Assembly: GCA_963764165.1 (NCBI GenBank)
Contig: CAVXRD010000002.1
Span: forward strand, 1,120,001-1,184,000
Origin: an uncultured Verrucomicrobiae bacterium
Lineage (GTDB): Bacteria; Verrucomicrobiota; Verrucomicrobiia; Limisphaerales; Palsa-1400
Direction: 5' to 3'
DNA: 64,000 nucleotides
Each line of letters opens with the position of its first letter. Positions within the stretch are counted from its first letter, which is position 1. Below, piece after piece: positions 8,909-18,916 of this stretch. A model generated the notes under the pieces. The model made no database searches and was not told where the DNA came from. It worked only from the letters and a program-made list of their open reading frames with translations. Position numbers and translations under genes: made by a program.

Positions 8909-9320
8909 TTATCTCGCCGTGGTGGTTGGCGACATCGAAAGACCCAGGCGTTGGAAATCCCCGGACAACTTGGCAAGGGATTCCTTGAGCGGAATCACGT
9001 CCTTGGCCGCCTTGGCGGCGCTGTCTTTGATCGCGGCCAGACCACCGGCGGTCAGGTCGGTCGAAAGAAACTTCTGCACGTCGCGCAGGTCAGACAGAAA
9101 TGGCTGAAAGGCGATTTCGGTTTCGTTGTATTGCTGGCTGATGCGGTTGAAGCGCCCCGTGACTTCGCTCCGGCGGGTTTCGCTGCCGCTGCGGATGTCC
9201 TCGTTCTGGATCTGGCCTGATTCTCTGTCCTAATTCGCAAAGTAATCCGCGCCTTGAGATTTCATTTGGCCGTCTTTGCTGGTGATATCCTTGGACGATA
9301 CTCCGAGTTCGTCCACGGCA
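8909..9320 (-). pseudogene. 5'-truncated DUF2959-like gene with an in-frame TAG
   Basis: Manual translation: AVDELGVSSKDITSKDGQMKSQGADYFAN*DRESGQIQNEDIRSGSETRRSEVTGRFNRISQQYNETEIAFQPFLSDLRDVQKFLSTDLTAGGLAAIK...SMSPTTTAR*; TAG at 9230-9232 where Trp (TGG) would fit; no start or signal peptide. Family from recall. Confidence 0.65.
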
Positions 9321-9612
9321 ATAATGCTGGTCCATTGACAGATCGCGTCATAATTACCGTGATGCGCAGGAGGCTAACCGGCGAGGCCTGACAGGCGCTA
9401 TACGGCGTTCTACGCAGCTTAAGAGCGTGAAGGTGGGAGTGAAGGGGTCCTATTCCACTGAAGGCATCTGGGAACCACGAATCATTGGGCAGACGCTTGC
9501 GCGTGGGGGCAATGCGGTTTTTAGGGCCCCGGCGCGAGCGGCGGGAATAACAGCGGATGAAAACTGATTCCCATTTCCGAATGCAAAAAGTGTCAAAAGT
9601 GAGGAAGCCGGT

Positions 9613-9671
9613 AACGCCTTTTATCAACAAAAGGGACCAAATGAGAAAGCATACTTTCATTTTTCTAGGAC
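9613..9671 (+). repeat. Left arm of an approx. 60-bp imperfect inverted repeat
   Basis: AACGCCTTTTATCAACAAAAGGGACCAAATGAGAAAGCATACTTTCATTTTTCTAGGAC matches the reverse complement of 11884-11943. Confidence 0.8.
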
Positions 9672-9823
9672 TGACCTTTTCACTTTCAAGGACCGTTTCA
9701 CTTTCAGGCCCAACCGGCATGAGGACGGGCGGTAGGGCGCAGTGGACCACAGATCATTTCGCCGGGGGGTTACTCCGCCAATACAAACTCACCTCGCAAT
9801 CCTACTAGCAAGGGATAATTACC

Positions 9824-11431
9824 CTAATTTGACAGTCGGTAAAACTGCTCCGTGCCGAAGATGGCATTCGTCACGGTGTTATTTGTGTTGACGACGACCG
9901 GCGCTGGGGAGACGGCTGTCCAGACCGCTGATGAGCCAAGGTTGGTGGCGGATTGCAAAGTGAAGCCGATCGCATTCGTAGGCCACGTCAAAAGGACATT
10001 TAGCCCAGAAAGAATAATTGTCAGTTGCGGCGGTGGTATCTGTGCAAAATTTGCCACCAGATTGCGGTCGCCGCTCAGCGTAAAATTGTAGCTGGCGGAG
10101 GCACTAACCACGCTTCCGTTCTCCGTCCAGTTGGTGAATTCATAACCGCTGTTTGCCGTGGCGGTCACCGTCTGTGAAGTGCCTGAAGCGAATGTGCCAC
10201 CGCCGCCAACCGTGCCGCCAATACTGGGCGAGGCGCTGACAGCGATGGCATACATAATCTGATTGAAATTCGCCACCAGATTGCGATTGCCATTGAGTGT
10301 GAAATTGTAGCTCTCAGAGGAACTAACCACGCTTCCATTTTCCGTCCAGTTAATGAATACATAACCGCTGTTTGCCGTGGCGGTCACCGTCTGTGAAGTG
10401 CCTGAAGCGAATGTGCCACCGCCGCCAACCGTGCCGCCAATGCTGGGCGAGGCGCTGACGGCAATGATATAGGTAATCTGTGTGAAGTTAGCAACCAATG
10501 CGGTATCCGCACTAACTGTGAATGGATAACTTGCCGAAGTGCTGACGACGCTTCCGCCAACAGTCCAATTAGCAAATGTGTAACCGGAGTTTGGGGTTGC
10601 TGTGACTGTAGCCGTCGTCCAATCATCGTATGTGCCCCCACCGCCGGTGTTCCCACCGTTACTCGGTGATGAGCTTGTTGTCATAGCCCACTGTTGCTCG
10701 AACGTAAGGCTTTCGGGATACCACGGGTTTACGGGAGAATTAGGTATTGTCTGCACAATCGCCCCAGAGCTAGGATTGATCTTCTCGATGCTCCCCCCGT
10801 TGTTTTCGACGAGCCAAAGATAGCCTCCTCCGTAGGTGAGACTATTGGGATACCACGGGTTTACGGGAGAATTAGGTATTGTCTGCACGATCGCCCCAGA
10901 GCTAGGATTGATCTTCTCGATGCTCACACCGTTGTTCTCGACGAGCCAAAGATAGCCTCCTCCGTAGGTGAGACTATTGGGATACCACGTGTTTACGGGA
11001 GAATTAGGTATTGTCTGCACGATCGCCCCAGAGCTAGGATTGATCTTCTCGATGCTCACCCCGTTGTTCTCGACGAGCCAAAGATAGCCTCCTCCGTAGG
11101 TGAGACTATTGGGATACCACGTGTTTACGGGAGAATTAGGTATTGTCTGCACAATCGCCCCAGAGCTAGGATTGATCTTCTCGATGCTCACCCCGTTGTT
11201 CTCGACGAGCCAAAGATAGCCTCCTCCGTAGGTGAGACTATTGGGATACCACGTGTTTACGGGAGAATTAGGTATTGTCTGCACGATCGCCCCAGAGCTA
11301 GGATTGATCTTCTCGATGCTCACCCCGTTGTTCTCGACGAGCCAAAGATAGCCACTATTGGACAATGCTGTTAACGGAGTCGCGACGAGGATAACTAAAA
11401 CACCCAAAATGATTTTCTGTACGATTCGCAT
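9824..11431 (-). CDS. Exported protein: 5 near-identical beta-propeller blades, 3 InlB-B-repeat-like domains, C-terminal FYRL domain
   Basis: Signal peptide; 5 x 44-aa GYLWLVENNGVSIEKINPSSGAIVQTIPNSPVNTWYPNSLTYGG; 3 x TVTAT.NSGY.F.NWT..G..VS....Y.FT......LVANF; ends EQFYRLSN. Confidence 0.9.
   Translation of the reverse strand: MRIVQKIILGVLVILVATPLTALSNSGYLWLVENNGVSIEKINPSSGAIVQTIPNSPVNTWYPNSLTYGGGYLWLVENNGVSIEKINPSSGAIVQTIPNSPVNTWYPNSLTYGGGYLWLVENNGVSIEKINPSSGAIVQTIPNSPVNTWYPNSLTYGGGYLWLVENNGVSIEKINPSSGAIVQTIPNSPVNPWYPNSLTYGGGYLWLVENNGGSIEKINPSSGAIVQTIPNSPVNPWYPESLTFEQQWAMTTSSSPSNGGNTGGGGTYDDWTTATVTATPNSGYTFANWTVGGSVVSTSASYPFTVSADTALVANFTQITYIIAVSASPSIGGTVGGGGTFASGTSQTVTATANSGYVFINWTENGSVVSSSESYNFTLNGNRNLVANFNQIMYAIAVSASPSIGGTVGGGGTFASGTSQTVTATANSGYEFTNWTENGSVVSASASYNFTLSGDRNLVANFAQIPPPQLTIILSGLNVLLTWPTNAIGFTLQSATNLGSSAVWTAVSPAPVVVNTNNTVTNAIFGTEQFYRLSN
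10694..11353. repeat. Intragenic tandem repeat, 5 x 132 bp
   Basis: GAGCCAAAGATAGCC recurs with a 132-bp period (10811, 10943, ...); units differ at only a few bases. Confidence 0.95.
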
Positions 11432-11883
11432 TATTCAAATCTTTGGCGAATTTACATTTATTTCACCAGTGTCCCAGGCGTCGGCGTCGACGTTGCGGGC
11501 GGGACGTGATGATCCGGCGGGAAGATGCCCAGTTTGAGTTCGGCGCGGGACGGGGTTGGCCGGGTCAATCGCCGGAAATTCCAGGTCGGCGGCGTATTGG
11601 ATAGTCAAATCGGGATTTCCCATTTGGTTTCTTGCCCACTACCAGCGTGAGCCTTTTTCGTGATTTTCCTCTTGCTCCAAAGATTTGCAAGTCCTTTTCC
11701 AGTCTGCCTTTGGGGTTTCTCTGGCACAGGGGGTAACGCGGCCAAGGCAAGATGGACGAAAATCAAGGCGGCGAAGAAATGGACCTTTTGGCGTTTTCTG
11801 AAAGGCTGGAGTTTTAGCCGACTCCAAGCCTTTCAATTTGAGGCCGCAAACCGAACTGATGAACAATTGAGAGCTGTGAAAGG

Positions 11884-11943
11884 GTCCTAGAAAAATGACA
11901 GTTTTGCTTTCTCATCTGGTCCGTTCTGTTGATAAAAGGCGTT
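11884..11943 (-). repeat. Right arm of the approx. 60-bp imperfect inverted repeat
   Basis: Reverse complement AACGCCTTTTATCAACAGAACGGACCAGATGAGAAAGCAAAACTGTCATTTTTCTAGGAC. Confidence 0.8.
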
Positions 11944-12221
11944 GTTTCATTTTTTCCAGCTTTCTGCTCGTCTTCCGTCTTCGCCGAGGCTGCCCCCTTC
12001 GCTGCAGCTTCCTCCTTCGCTAAAGCTTCGGAGGACGAGACGGCGGATAGGAGGCTTCGCGCTGGTCGCGCGTTGGCGAGACCCGTCTTCGCAAACATTT
12101 CGGAGGGCTGGCCACTTTTCCTGATTCAGGTTGGATGGCAGGCTGATCCGCTGTCATCAGCAAACTTGATTTTTTAACGATTCCCCGCTCCGGGTGTGAT
12201 TGAAAGCGGGTGCGAATATTT

Positions 12222-12343
12222 GGGCGGACACGCAGGTCCGCCCTACCAAAATTGGGGCAGGGCGAGACTCTGTCGAGCCCATTATGGATTTTTCGACTTT
12301 GGCGGAAAGACTTAATCAGGGCTCGACAGAGTCTCGCCCTACC
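12222..12343. repeat. REP/REPIN cluster (G(T/C)AGGGCGAGACTCTGTCGAGCCC family)
   Basis: Inverted pair 12256-12280 / 12319-12343 plus a related single at 12222-12247; related pair at 57038-57113. Confidence 0.8.
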
Positions 12344-12397
12344 GAACGTGTTTTTACAGCTTGTTTCGGCGGCGGTCTCTCGCACACTGAGCGCTTC

Positions 12398-13363
12398 GTG
12401 AGCGAAAAATCACATGTCGTCGTAACCGGTGGGGCGGGGTTCATTGGCTCGCACCTTGTCGAAAGGCTGCTGGCGGAGGACCACGCCGTGACCGTCATTG
12501 ACGATCTTTCCACCGGCCGGTTGGAAAATCTGGATTCCGTGAAGTCCCACAAAGATTTAAGGATCGTGGTTTCCAAGGTTTCCGCGCTGGCCGATTTGCA
12601 AACGATCGTGGCCAGGTCACAGTTCATTTATCATCTTGCGGCGGCGGTGGGTGTCGAACTGGTGATGGCTTCCAGCCTGCGCACAATCCAAACCAATCTG
12701 CACGAGACGGAATTCATCATGGACGCGGCGACGGCAGCCAAAGTCCCCGTGCTGCTGGCCTCGACTTCCGAGGTTTACGGCAAGAGCCAGCGCGACGCGT
12801 TTTCCGAAGAGGACGATTTGCTGATTGGGCCGCCGCATTTGAGCCGGTGGAGCTACGCCTGCTCGAAGTTGATGGATGAATTCCTCGCGCTCGGGCATTT
12901 TCGCGAATACCAGACGCCCGTCATCATCACCCGGCTGTTCAACACCGTCGGCCCGCGCCAGACGGGGCAATATGGGATGGTGCTGCCGCGTTTCATCGAA
13001 GCCGCCAAAGCCGGGAAGCCCCTTCGGGTTTTTGGCGATGGAAAACAAACGCGCTGTTTTTGTTCCGTGAATGATACGGTGAAAGCGTTGTTGCTGCTGA
13101 AGGATTGCCCTAAAGCGCGCGGCGAAATTTTCAATATCGGATCCACCGAGGAAGTGAGCATTGTTCGATTGGCCGAGACGGTCATTGAAATTCTTCAGTC
13201 CTCGTCAACCATCGAATACATTCCTTACGACAAAGCGTGCGCGCCGGGCTTTCAGGACATGCTGCGGCGGAAACCGGTGGTTGCAAAACTTGGGCGGTAT
13301 GTCGGCTTTCGGCCAGGCACGACCCTTCGCGAAATCATTCGCCAAACGGCGCTGGGCGGTTAG
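12398..13363 (+). CDS. NAD-dependent nucleotide-sugar epimerase/dehydratase
   Basis: VVTGGAGFIGSH, HLAAAVGV, ASTSEVYGK, YACSK, RLFNTVGPRQ; GTG start at 12398 (the ORF-track extension is REP sequence). Confidence 0.92.
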   Translation: MSEKSHVVVTGGAGFIGSHLVERLLAEDHAVTVIDDLSTGRLENLDSVKSHKDLRIVVSKVSALADLQTIVARSQFIYHLAAAVGVELVMASSLRTIQTNLHETEFIMDAATAAKVPVLLASTSEVYGKSQRDAFSEEDDLLIGPPHLSRWSYACSKLMDEFLALGHFREYQTPVIITRLFNTVGPRQTGQYGMVLPRFIEAAKAGKPLRVFGDGKQTRCFCSVNDTVKALLLLKDCPKARGEIFNIGSTEEVSIVRLAETVIEILQSSSTIEYIPYDKACAPGFQDMLRRKPVVAKLGRYVGFRPGTTLREIIRQTALGG

Positions 13364-13373
13364 CTGTCCGAAA

Positions 13374-13751
13374 TTACTGCTTTGGGCAACGCCGTTTGAT
13401 GGTTGCCCAATAGACCAGCGCGATCAATAGCGGCTGGAAGGGAAGCCTTGCCCACAAGATCCAGCGCGCGATGTTCACACCTTTCCATCCGTGCAGGGCC
13501 ACTTGCAAGTTTGCCGGAAAAACTGCGACCAGAAGCGCGATCAAACCCCAGCCAGCCCACACTCGCGTCTGCGGAATAAGAACGCCAATGCCGCCCGCTA
13601 TCTCCGCCCCGCCGCTGATGATATTGAGCGCCTCGGGCTTTGGCAGATACGGCGGAATCATCGAGAGATACGGCGCCGGATTGAGAAAGTGATTTGCACC
13701 GGCTCCCACGAAAAACAAACCGAGCAGCCATACGACGACATTGCGAGTCAT
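13374..13751 (-). CDS. DoxX-like membrane protein
   Basis: GANHFLNP, ISGGAEIAGG, LLVAVFPAN, LWARLPFQ; four hydrophobic segments. Confidence 0.85.
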   Translation of the reverse strand: MTRNVVVWLLGLFFVGAGANHFLNPAPYLSMIPPYLPKPEALNIISGGAEIAGGIGVLIPQTRVWAGWGLIALLVAVFPANLQVALHGWKGVNIARWILWARLPFQPLLIALVYWATIKRRCPKQ

Positions 13752-13839
13752 GCTGGCGCACAGCCTAGCTTGCTTGCGCAGAATGCCAATCCCCTAACGC
13801 AATCGTCGCAGTGACAAAAAGAATTGCCCGAAGGAAATT

Positions 13840-13925
13840 AACAGAAGGCAACGAAGTGAACGAAGAGGGACAAGTCGTCCGGTCTGTGCTCTGGTCCTTC
13901 TTCGTGTGCTTCGTTGCCTTCTGTT
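13840..13925. repeat. Hairpin repeat (AACAGAAGG.AACGAAG...CTTCGTT.CCTTCTGTT family)
   Basis: Inverted arms; further copies at 47473-47560 and 53413-53493. Confidence 0.8.
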
Positions 13926-13976
13926 GATTCTGGTCCGGGTGACGGATAAACGAGGCACACCCCTTTCCAAATCGCG

Positions 13977-14159
13977 TTACGAAACGACAAATTTGTGCGC
14001 GCCGCGGAATTCGACGAGGTTCATCTTCAGCGCGAGTTGAATAATTCCCGCCGCTTTTTGCTGTCCCCACGTTTTGTAGACGCCGTTTACAAAATCGCCG
14101 AACGTCAACGGCCTCTTGCTCGATTGGGGTTTCATTCTCGGATTCTGCTTCAATTTCAT
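13977..14159 (-). CDS. Small hypothetical protein
   Basis: PLTFGDFVNGVYKTWGQQKAAGIIQLALKMNLVEFRG is protein-like and co-oriented with its neighbours; start uncertain (14159 or 14135). Confidence 0.6.
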   Translation of the reverse strand: MKLKQNPRMKPQSSKRPLTFGDFVNGVYKTWGQQKAAGIIQLALKMNLVEFRGAHKFVVS

Positions 14160-14197
14160 ACGAGAGATAACCCCGCATCGGTTGGATTTGTTTCGGA

Positions 14198-14599
14198 TCA
14201 ATTTTCGTGATCTTCGTCCGGCGTTGAATCGCCGGAGTCTTGCGCGGCGAGCAATGCGTTTATCTCAGGATCGATGGCGAGCCGCAGCAGGCGCTGCAAT
14301 TCCGGGTCCATGTATTGCAGGGTTTCTGGAATGTCCAACACCTCAATCGGCGGCAGCCTCGAATCGCGAAATCGTTCTTGTATCCGCGCCTTGTGACCGC
14401 GCTCCATGACAAAGATGACATCGGCCCAATTTACGTCGGCTTCGCTGATGAGATGTTTTGCGCTGGAGCTCACGCCCGCCGATTTCACCGCCAGGCGCGG
14501 ATCGGATCGGTAAAGCATCTCCGCAGTGGGGCTGCGCCATCGGTTCAGGCTGCAGACGAAAAGAATGCGCAGGCGGTTGGTCATCGTTTCTTCGTTCAT
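14198..14599 (-). CDS. Low-molecular-weight protein-tyrosine-phosphatase-like protein
   Basis: ILFVCSLNRWRSPTAE (CX5R P-loop), SAG, WADVIFVME, LDIP. Confidence 0.9.
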   Translation of the reverse strand: MNEETMTNRLRILFVCSLNRWRSPTAEMLYRSDPRLAVKSAGVSSSAKHLISEADVNWADVIFVMERGHKARIQERFRDSRLPPIEVLDIPETLQYMDPELQRLLRLAIDPEINALLAAQDSGDSTPDEDHEN

Positions 14600-15198
14600 T
14601 GGGCAGGATAAGGCTACGAGGCGCGGCAGTCCGGTGGAAGCATCAAATGGCTTTGGCGCGATCGATGCAGTTGGATTTGGGAGCGCCAGCCGTCATGACC
14701 GCACAGCGACATGCACGAGGCCTGCACGCGGGGAGCCAATGGCTGCATGATCAAGCCCGGCAAAGAACCCATTTGGAATCCAGGCTTGGCACTGGCTTGG
14801 CCAAAGCTCGGTATAGTGTATGATCTCGAAAAAGGGGCAACACCCGCTACACGGTTGACCATCAACGAGATAAGGGGCAACAAAAATGGCAACAAACCCG
14901 CAACAGACCCGCAACATTTCTTCCCGCGCTGTCGGGTTGCATGAAACGCGGCGTCTTTCCGCCGTTCCCTGAAATTTTCATCAAGATGCCTGCACCATCA
15001 TTGTTCCATTGAAAACAGCGAGGAACCCTCCATTGGCCGCTACAACCCGCTACATTCCCTCCGAGGGTATCCAATCCAATGAAACAATACGTTTTCCATG
15101 GCATCCTGCAGCCTTCAGTTATCGCCGGCCATTTTCCGTTTTCTGGGCCTCTCGCAAGAGGCCGGAAGGCCGGCGCTCACCAAAGGACGGAGAAACTG

Positions 15199-15265
15199 GC
15201 CACGGATTCACACCGATCCGCACAGATTCTTGATGAATCTGTGCGGATATGTGTGAATCTGCGGC
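15199..15265. repeat. Hairpin repeat (GCCAC.GATTCACAC.GAT...ATCTG.GGC family)
   Basis: Inverted arms followed by a T run; related copies at 52338-52404 and 53278-53344. Confidence 0.8.
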
Positions 15266-15297
15266 TTTTTTGCCCGGTGGGATTGCCTTCTCAAACG

Positions 15298-15347
15298 TTG
15301 ACAACTCCCCCCGCTGGCCTATTCTTGAAGCGGACTAAATTCGTCCG
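15298..15347 (+). promoter_or_regulatory. suf promoter and candidate operator
   Basis: TTGACA-N16-TATTCT (15298-15325), followed by the inverted repeat CGGAC-N7-GTCCG (15331-15347) just before the sufB ATG. Confidence 0.6.
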
Positions 15348-15349
15348 AT

Positions 15350-16795
15350 ATGGAAGCCACCACAGATCCAATTGAGAGTTTTGTTAAATCCGAATACAAA
15401 TACGGGTTTACCAGTGAAATCGAGACCGAGGCCTTTCCGCCTGGGTTGAGCGAGGACGTTGTGCGCCGGATTTCCCAAGTCAAGGGCGAGCCGGAATTCA
15501 TGCTCGATTGGCGCATCAAGGCCTTCCGCCGCTGGCAAACGATGACGGAGCCGCATTGGCCCAACGTTCAATACCCGCCCATCAATTATCAGGATTACAT
15601 CTATTACGCTGTGCCAAAAGCGAAGAAGAAGCTCAACAGCCTGGATGAAGTGGATCCCAAGACGCGCGAGTTGTTCGACAAGCTCGGCATTTCCCTCACC
15701 GAACAAAAGCGCCTTTCCAACGTGGCCGTCGACGCCGTGTTGGACAGCGCTTCAGTTGCGACGACTTTCCGCGAAGAGCTGGCCAAAGTTGGCGTTATAT
15801 TCTGCTCGTTTTCCGAGGCGGTGAAGAACCATCCCGATCTGGTCAAAAAATATCTTGGCACCGTCGTGCCGCCGGGAGACAACTTTTTCTCGGCCCTGAA
15901 TTCGGCCGTGTTCAGCGACGGCTCGTTCTGCTACATCCCGAAGGGCGTCCGCTGCCCGATGGAACTTTCGACCTATTTCCGCATGAACACCGCCAACGCG
16001 GGGCAATTCGAGCGGACTTTGATCATCGCAGACGAAGGCAGTTACGTCAGTTACCTTGAAGGCTGCACCGCCCCGATGCGCGATGAAAACCAGCTCCACG
16101 CCGCTGTGGTGGAATTGATCGCGATGGAAAACGCCGAGATCAAATATTCCACCGTGCAGAACTGGTACCCCGGCGATGCCGAAGGCAAAGGGGGCATCTA
16201 TAATTTCGTGACCAAGCGCGGCAAGTGCGCCGGCCGCAATTCCAAAATTTCATGGACGCAAGTCGAAACCGGCTCCTCCATCACCTGGAAATATCCGAGC
16301 GTGCTCCTGCTTGGCGAAAATTCCGTGGGCGAATTTTATTCGGTCGCGCTGACGAACCATCGCCAGCAGGCCGATACCGGCACAAAGATGATCCACGTCG
16401 GGCGCAACACCAGCAGCACGATTGTGTCAAAAGGAATTTCCGCCGGGCGCGGCCAGAACAGCTATCGCGGCCTGGTGCAGATTCGCCCGAGCGCGGCCAA
16501 CGCGCGCAATTATTCGCAGTGCGATTCCCTGCTCCTGGGCGACCGCTGCGGCGCGCACACATTCCCGTATCTCGAAGTCGGCAACAGCACAGCCACCGTC
16601 GAGCACGAGGCATCCACCTCGAAGATCGGCGAAGACCAGATTTTTTATTGCAACCAACGCGGCATCTCCACGCAGGACGCTGTCAATATGATTGTCAACG
16701 GATACTGCAAGGAAGTGTTCAGCCATCTGCCCATGGAATTCGCGGTTGAAGCCCAGGCGCTCCTGGGTGTCAGCCTCGAAGGCAGCGTCGGTTGA
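15350..16795 (+). CDS. sufB: Fe-S cluster assembly protein SufB
   Basis: [45 protein letters not shown]. Confidence 0.98.
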   Translation: MEATTDPIESFVKSEYKYGFTSEIETEAFPPGLSEDVVRRISQVKGEPEFMLDWRIKAFRRWQTMTEPHWPNVQYPPINYQDYIYYAVPKAKKKLNSLDEVDPKTRELFDKLGISLTEQKRLSNVAVDAVLDSASVATTFREELAKVGVIFCSFSEAVKNHPDLVKKYLGTVVPPGDNFFSALNSAVFSDGSFCYIPKGVRCPMELSTYFRMNTANAGQFERTLIIADEGSYVSYLEGCTAPMRDENQLHAAVVELIAMENAEIKYSTVQNWYPGDAEGKGGIYNFVTKRGKCAGRNSKISWTQVETGSSITWKYPSVLLLGENSVGEFYSVALTNHRQQADTGTKMIHVGRNTSSTIVSKGISAGRGQNSYRGLVQIRPSAANARNYSQCDSLLLGDRCGAHTFPYLEVGNSTATVEHEASTSKIGEDQIFYCNQRGISTQDAVNMIVNGYCKEVFSHLPMEFAVEAQALLGVSLEGSVG

Positions 16796-16814
16796 TTCAG
16801 AATTTCATCCAACT

Positions 16815-17579
16815 ATGCTCGAAATCTCCAACTTAACCGCCGGTGTCGCCGGAAAGGAAATCCTCAAGGGCCTGAACCTCTCGGTCAAAGCCGGTGAAGT
16901 CCACGCCATCATGGGACCCAACGGCAGCGGCAAAAGCACATTGGCCCAAGTCCTCGCCGGCAAAGGCGAATACGAAGTGACCGGCGGATCGGTCACGTTC
17001 GACGGCGCGGACATTCTTGAATTGAAGCCCGAGGAACGGGCGCGGGCCGGGATTTTTCTCGCCTTTCAATACCCGGTCGAAATTCCCGGCGTCAACAGCA
17101 CGGTTTTCTTGAAGGCGGCTTACAACGAATGCCGCAAAGCCCGCGGCGAGCAGGAATTGGACGCGGTTGAATTCCTCGCGCTTGTCAAAAAGAAGTCGAA
17201 GATCCTCGAATTGGATCCGGCGCTGATGAACCGCGCTGTCAATGTGGGTTTCTCCGGCGGCGAAAAGAAGCGCAACGAGATTTTTCAAATGGCCGTCCTG
17301 GAGCCGAAGCTCGCCATTCTGGACGAGACGGATTCCGGCCTGGACATCGACGCGTTGAAGATCGTTTCCGGCGGCGTCAACAAATTGCGCACCCCGCGGA
17401 ACGCCACGGTCGTCATTACCCACTACCAGCGCTTGCTGGATTATATCGTCCCCGATTTTGTGCATGTGCTCGCGCACGGCAAAATCATCAAATCCGGCGG
17501 CAAGGAGCTGGCGCTGGAATTGGAAAAGCGCGGCTACGATTGGGTGCTCGAATCCTTTGGCAGCAACGGGAAGGCATAA
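16815..17579 (+). CDS. sufC: Fe-S cluster assembly ATPase SufC
   Basis: MGPNGSGKST, FQYPVEIPGV, FSGGEKKRNE, LDETDSGLDID, ITHYQRLL. Confidence 0.98.
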   Translation: MLEISNLTAGVAGKEILKGLNLSVKAGEVHAIMGPNGSGKSTLAQVLAGKGEYEVTGGSVTFDGADILELKPEERARAGIFLAFQYPVEIPGVNSTVFLKAAYNECRKARGEQELDAVEFLALVKKKSKILELDPALMNRAVNVGFSGGEKKRNEIFQMAVLEPKLAILDETDSGLDIDALKIVSGGVNKLRTPRNATVVITHYQRLLDYIVPDFVHVLAHGKIIKSGGKELALELEKRGYDWVLESFGSNGKA

Positions 17580-18916
17580 TGGAATCCGCGAAACACACGG
17601 ACAACACCGCGGTGGCGGTCGGATTTCTGGCGGGCAAGCCGGGTCCTGGCCCCGCGTGGCTGCAAACGTTGCGCCAATCCGCCCAGGCGAAGCTGGCTGA
17701 CTTTGGATTTCCGAAATCGGACGACGAGGAATGGCGTTTCACGAAGATTTCCCCGCTGTTGGAATGGCCCCTGCACGCACCCTCAACGGATTCGCAGAAA
17801 ATTACTGCAGAGGATATTAAACCTTTTCGTCTCGCTTCGGACGGCTATTGCCTCGTGTTCGTCGATGGGAAATTTGAGGAAGAACTTTCGACGCTTCCGC
17901 CCGCCGGCGCTCCGTTTCGCTGCGCCAGCTTGGCGTCCCATTGGGATACCAGCGGCGCTGAATTGGAAAAGACGCTGGCGCGCGCCACCCAGGCCGATGG
18001 CAATTATTTCTCCGCCCTGAACACCGCTTCGTTCGAGGACGGCGCTTACATTTCGATTCCCGCTGGAGTCGCGGTGGAGGAGCCAATTCAGATTCTTTAT
18101 TTGGCTGCCTCCGAAAAGACCGGCGCGTCGATTCACGCCCGCAATTTGATTGTGGCGCACCAGAGCAGCTCGGCCAAAATCATCGAGAGTTACGCCAGCT
18201 TGACCGAGTCGCCGCACTTCACCAATTCGGTCACGGAATTGATTCTCGATCCAAACGCGAAAATTGAGCATTGCCGCGTGGAAAATGAAAACGAGCACGC
18301 ATATCACGTCGCGTGGATTCAGGGCATTTTGAGCCGCGATAGCTATTGGCTCTCGCACTCGATTGTGATGGGCGGGCGTTTGGTCCGAAATCAAATCCAG
18401 GCGCTGCTCAATTCCGAAAGTTGCCAGGCCGTTCTCAACGGGCTTTACATGGGCAGCGGCGAGCAGTTGATCGATCACCACACTGTGGTCGACCACTCCA
18501 AGCCGCGCTGCGAGAGCCACGAATATTATTTCGGCATTCTCGGCGGGCGGGCGCGCGGCGTTTTCAACGGGAAGATTTTCGTCCGCCAGGACGCGCAGAA
18601 GACGAACGCCAAGCAGACCAATCGCAACTTGGTTCTCTCCGACACTGCGTTGATCGACACCAAGCCGCAATTGGAAATTTACGCCGACGATGTGAAATGC
18701 ACCCACGGGGCGACGATTGGCCAATTGAACCAAGATGCCTTATTCTACTTGCAGGCCCGCGGCGTCGGCGCCGAAATGGCGCGGCGGATGCTGGTGCGGG
18801 CTTTTGCCAATGACGCGGTGGAGCGGATCACGATCGATTCCGCGCGCGAGTATTTGGAAAATTTGTTGACGCAGCGTTTTCAGGGATTGGAAATCCCGGC
18901 AGCCCATGGGCGATGA
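17579..18916 (+). CDS. sufD: Fe-S cluster assembly protein SufD
   Basis: EEWRFT, GVFNGKIFVRQDAQKT, KPQLEIYADDVKCTHGA, FYLQARG. Confidence 0.97.
   Translation: MESAKHTDNTAVAVGFLAGKPGPGPAWLQTLRQSAQAKLADFGFPKSDDEEWRFTKISPLLEWPLHAPSTDSQKITAEDIKPFRLASDGYCLVFVDGKFEEELSTLPPAGAPFRCASLASHWDTSGAELEKTLARATQADGNYFSALNTASFEDGAYISIPAGVAVEEPIQILYLAASEKTGASIHARNLIVAHQSSSAKIIESYASLTESPHFTNSVTELILDPNAKIEHCRVENENEHAYHVAWIQGILSRDSYWLSHSIVMGGRLVRNQIQALLNSESCQAVLNGLYMGSGEQLIDHHTVVDHSKPRCESHEYYFGILGGRARGVFNGKIFVRQDAQKTNAKQTNRNLVLSDTALIDTKPQLEIYADDVKCTHGATIGQLNQDALFYLQARGVGAEMARRMLVRAFANDAVERITIDSAREYLENLLTQRFQGLEIPAAHGR

Noticed and set aside
9230..9232. Amber read-through or recoding (pyrrolysine)
   Set aside because: TAG is used as a normal stop by intact genes here (hpnA, ftsH), and this gene also lacks its 5' end; a nonsense mutation is simpler.
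10694..11353. Regular repeats as a possible CRISPR array
   Set aside because: Units are contiguous 132-bp in-frame coding repeats with no unique spacers, and no cas genes are present.
11435..11623. 62-aa ORF upstream of the propeller gene
   Set aside because: May be a gene fragment, but I cannot support a family or a start signal.
14614..15200. Several short ORFs and a GCAACA-rich tract (about 14875-14915, similar to 6928-6970)
   Set aside because: No recognisable protein; the tract looks like a short piece of the dispersed repeat and is too weak to call separately.
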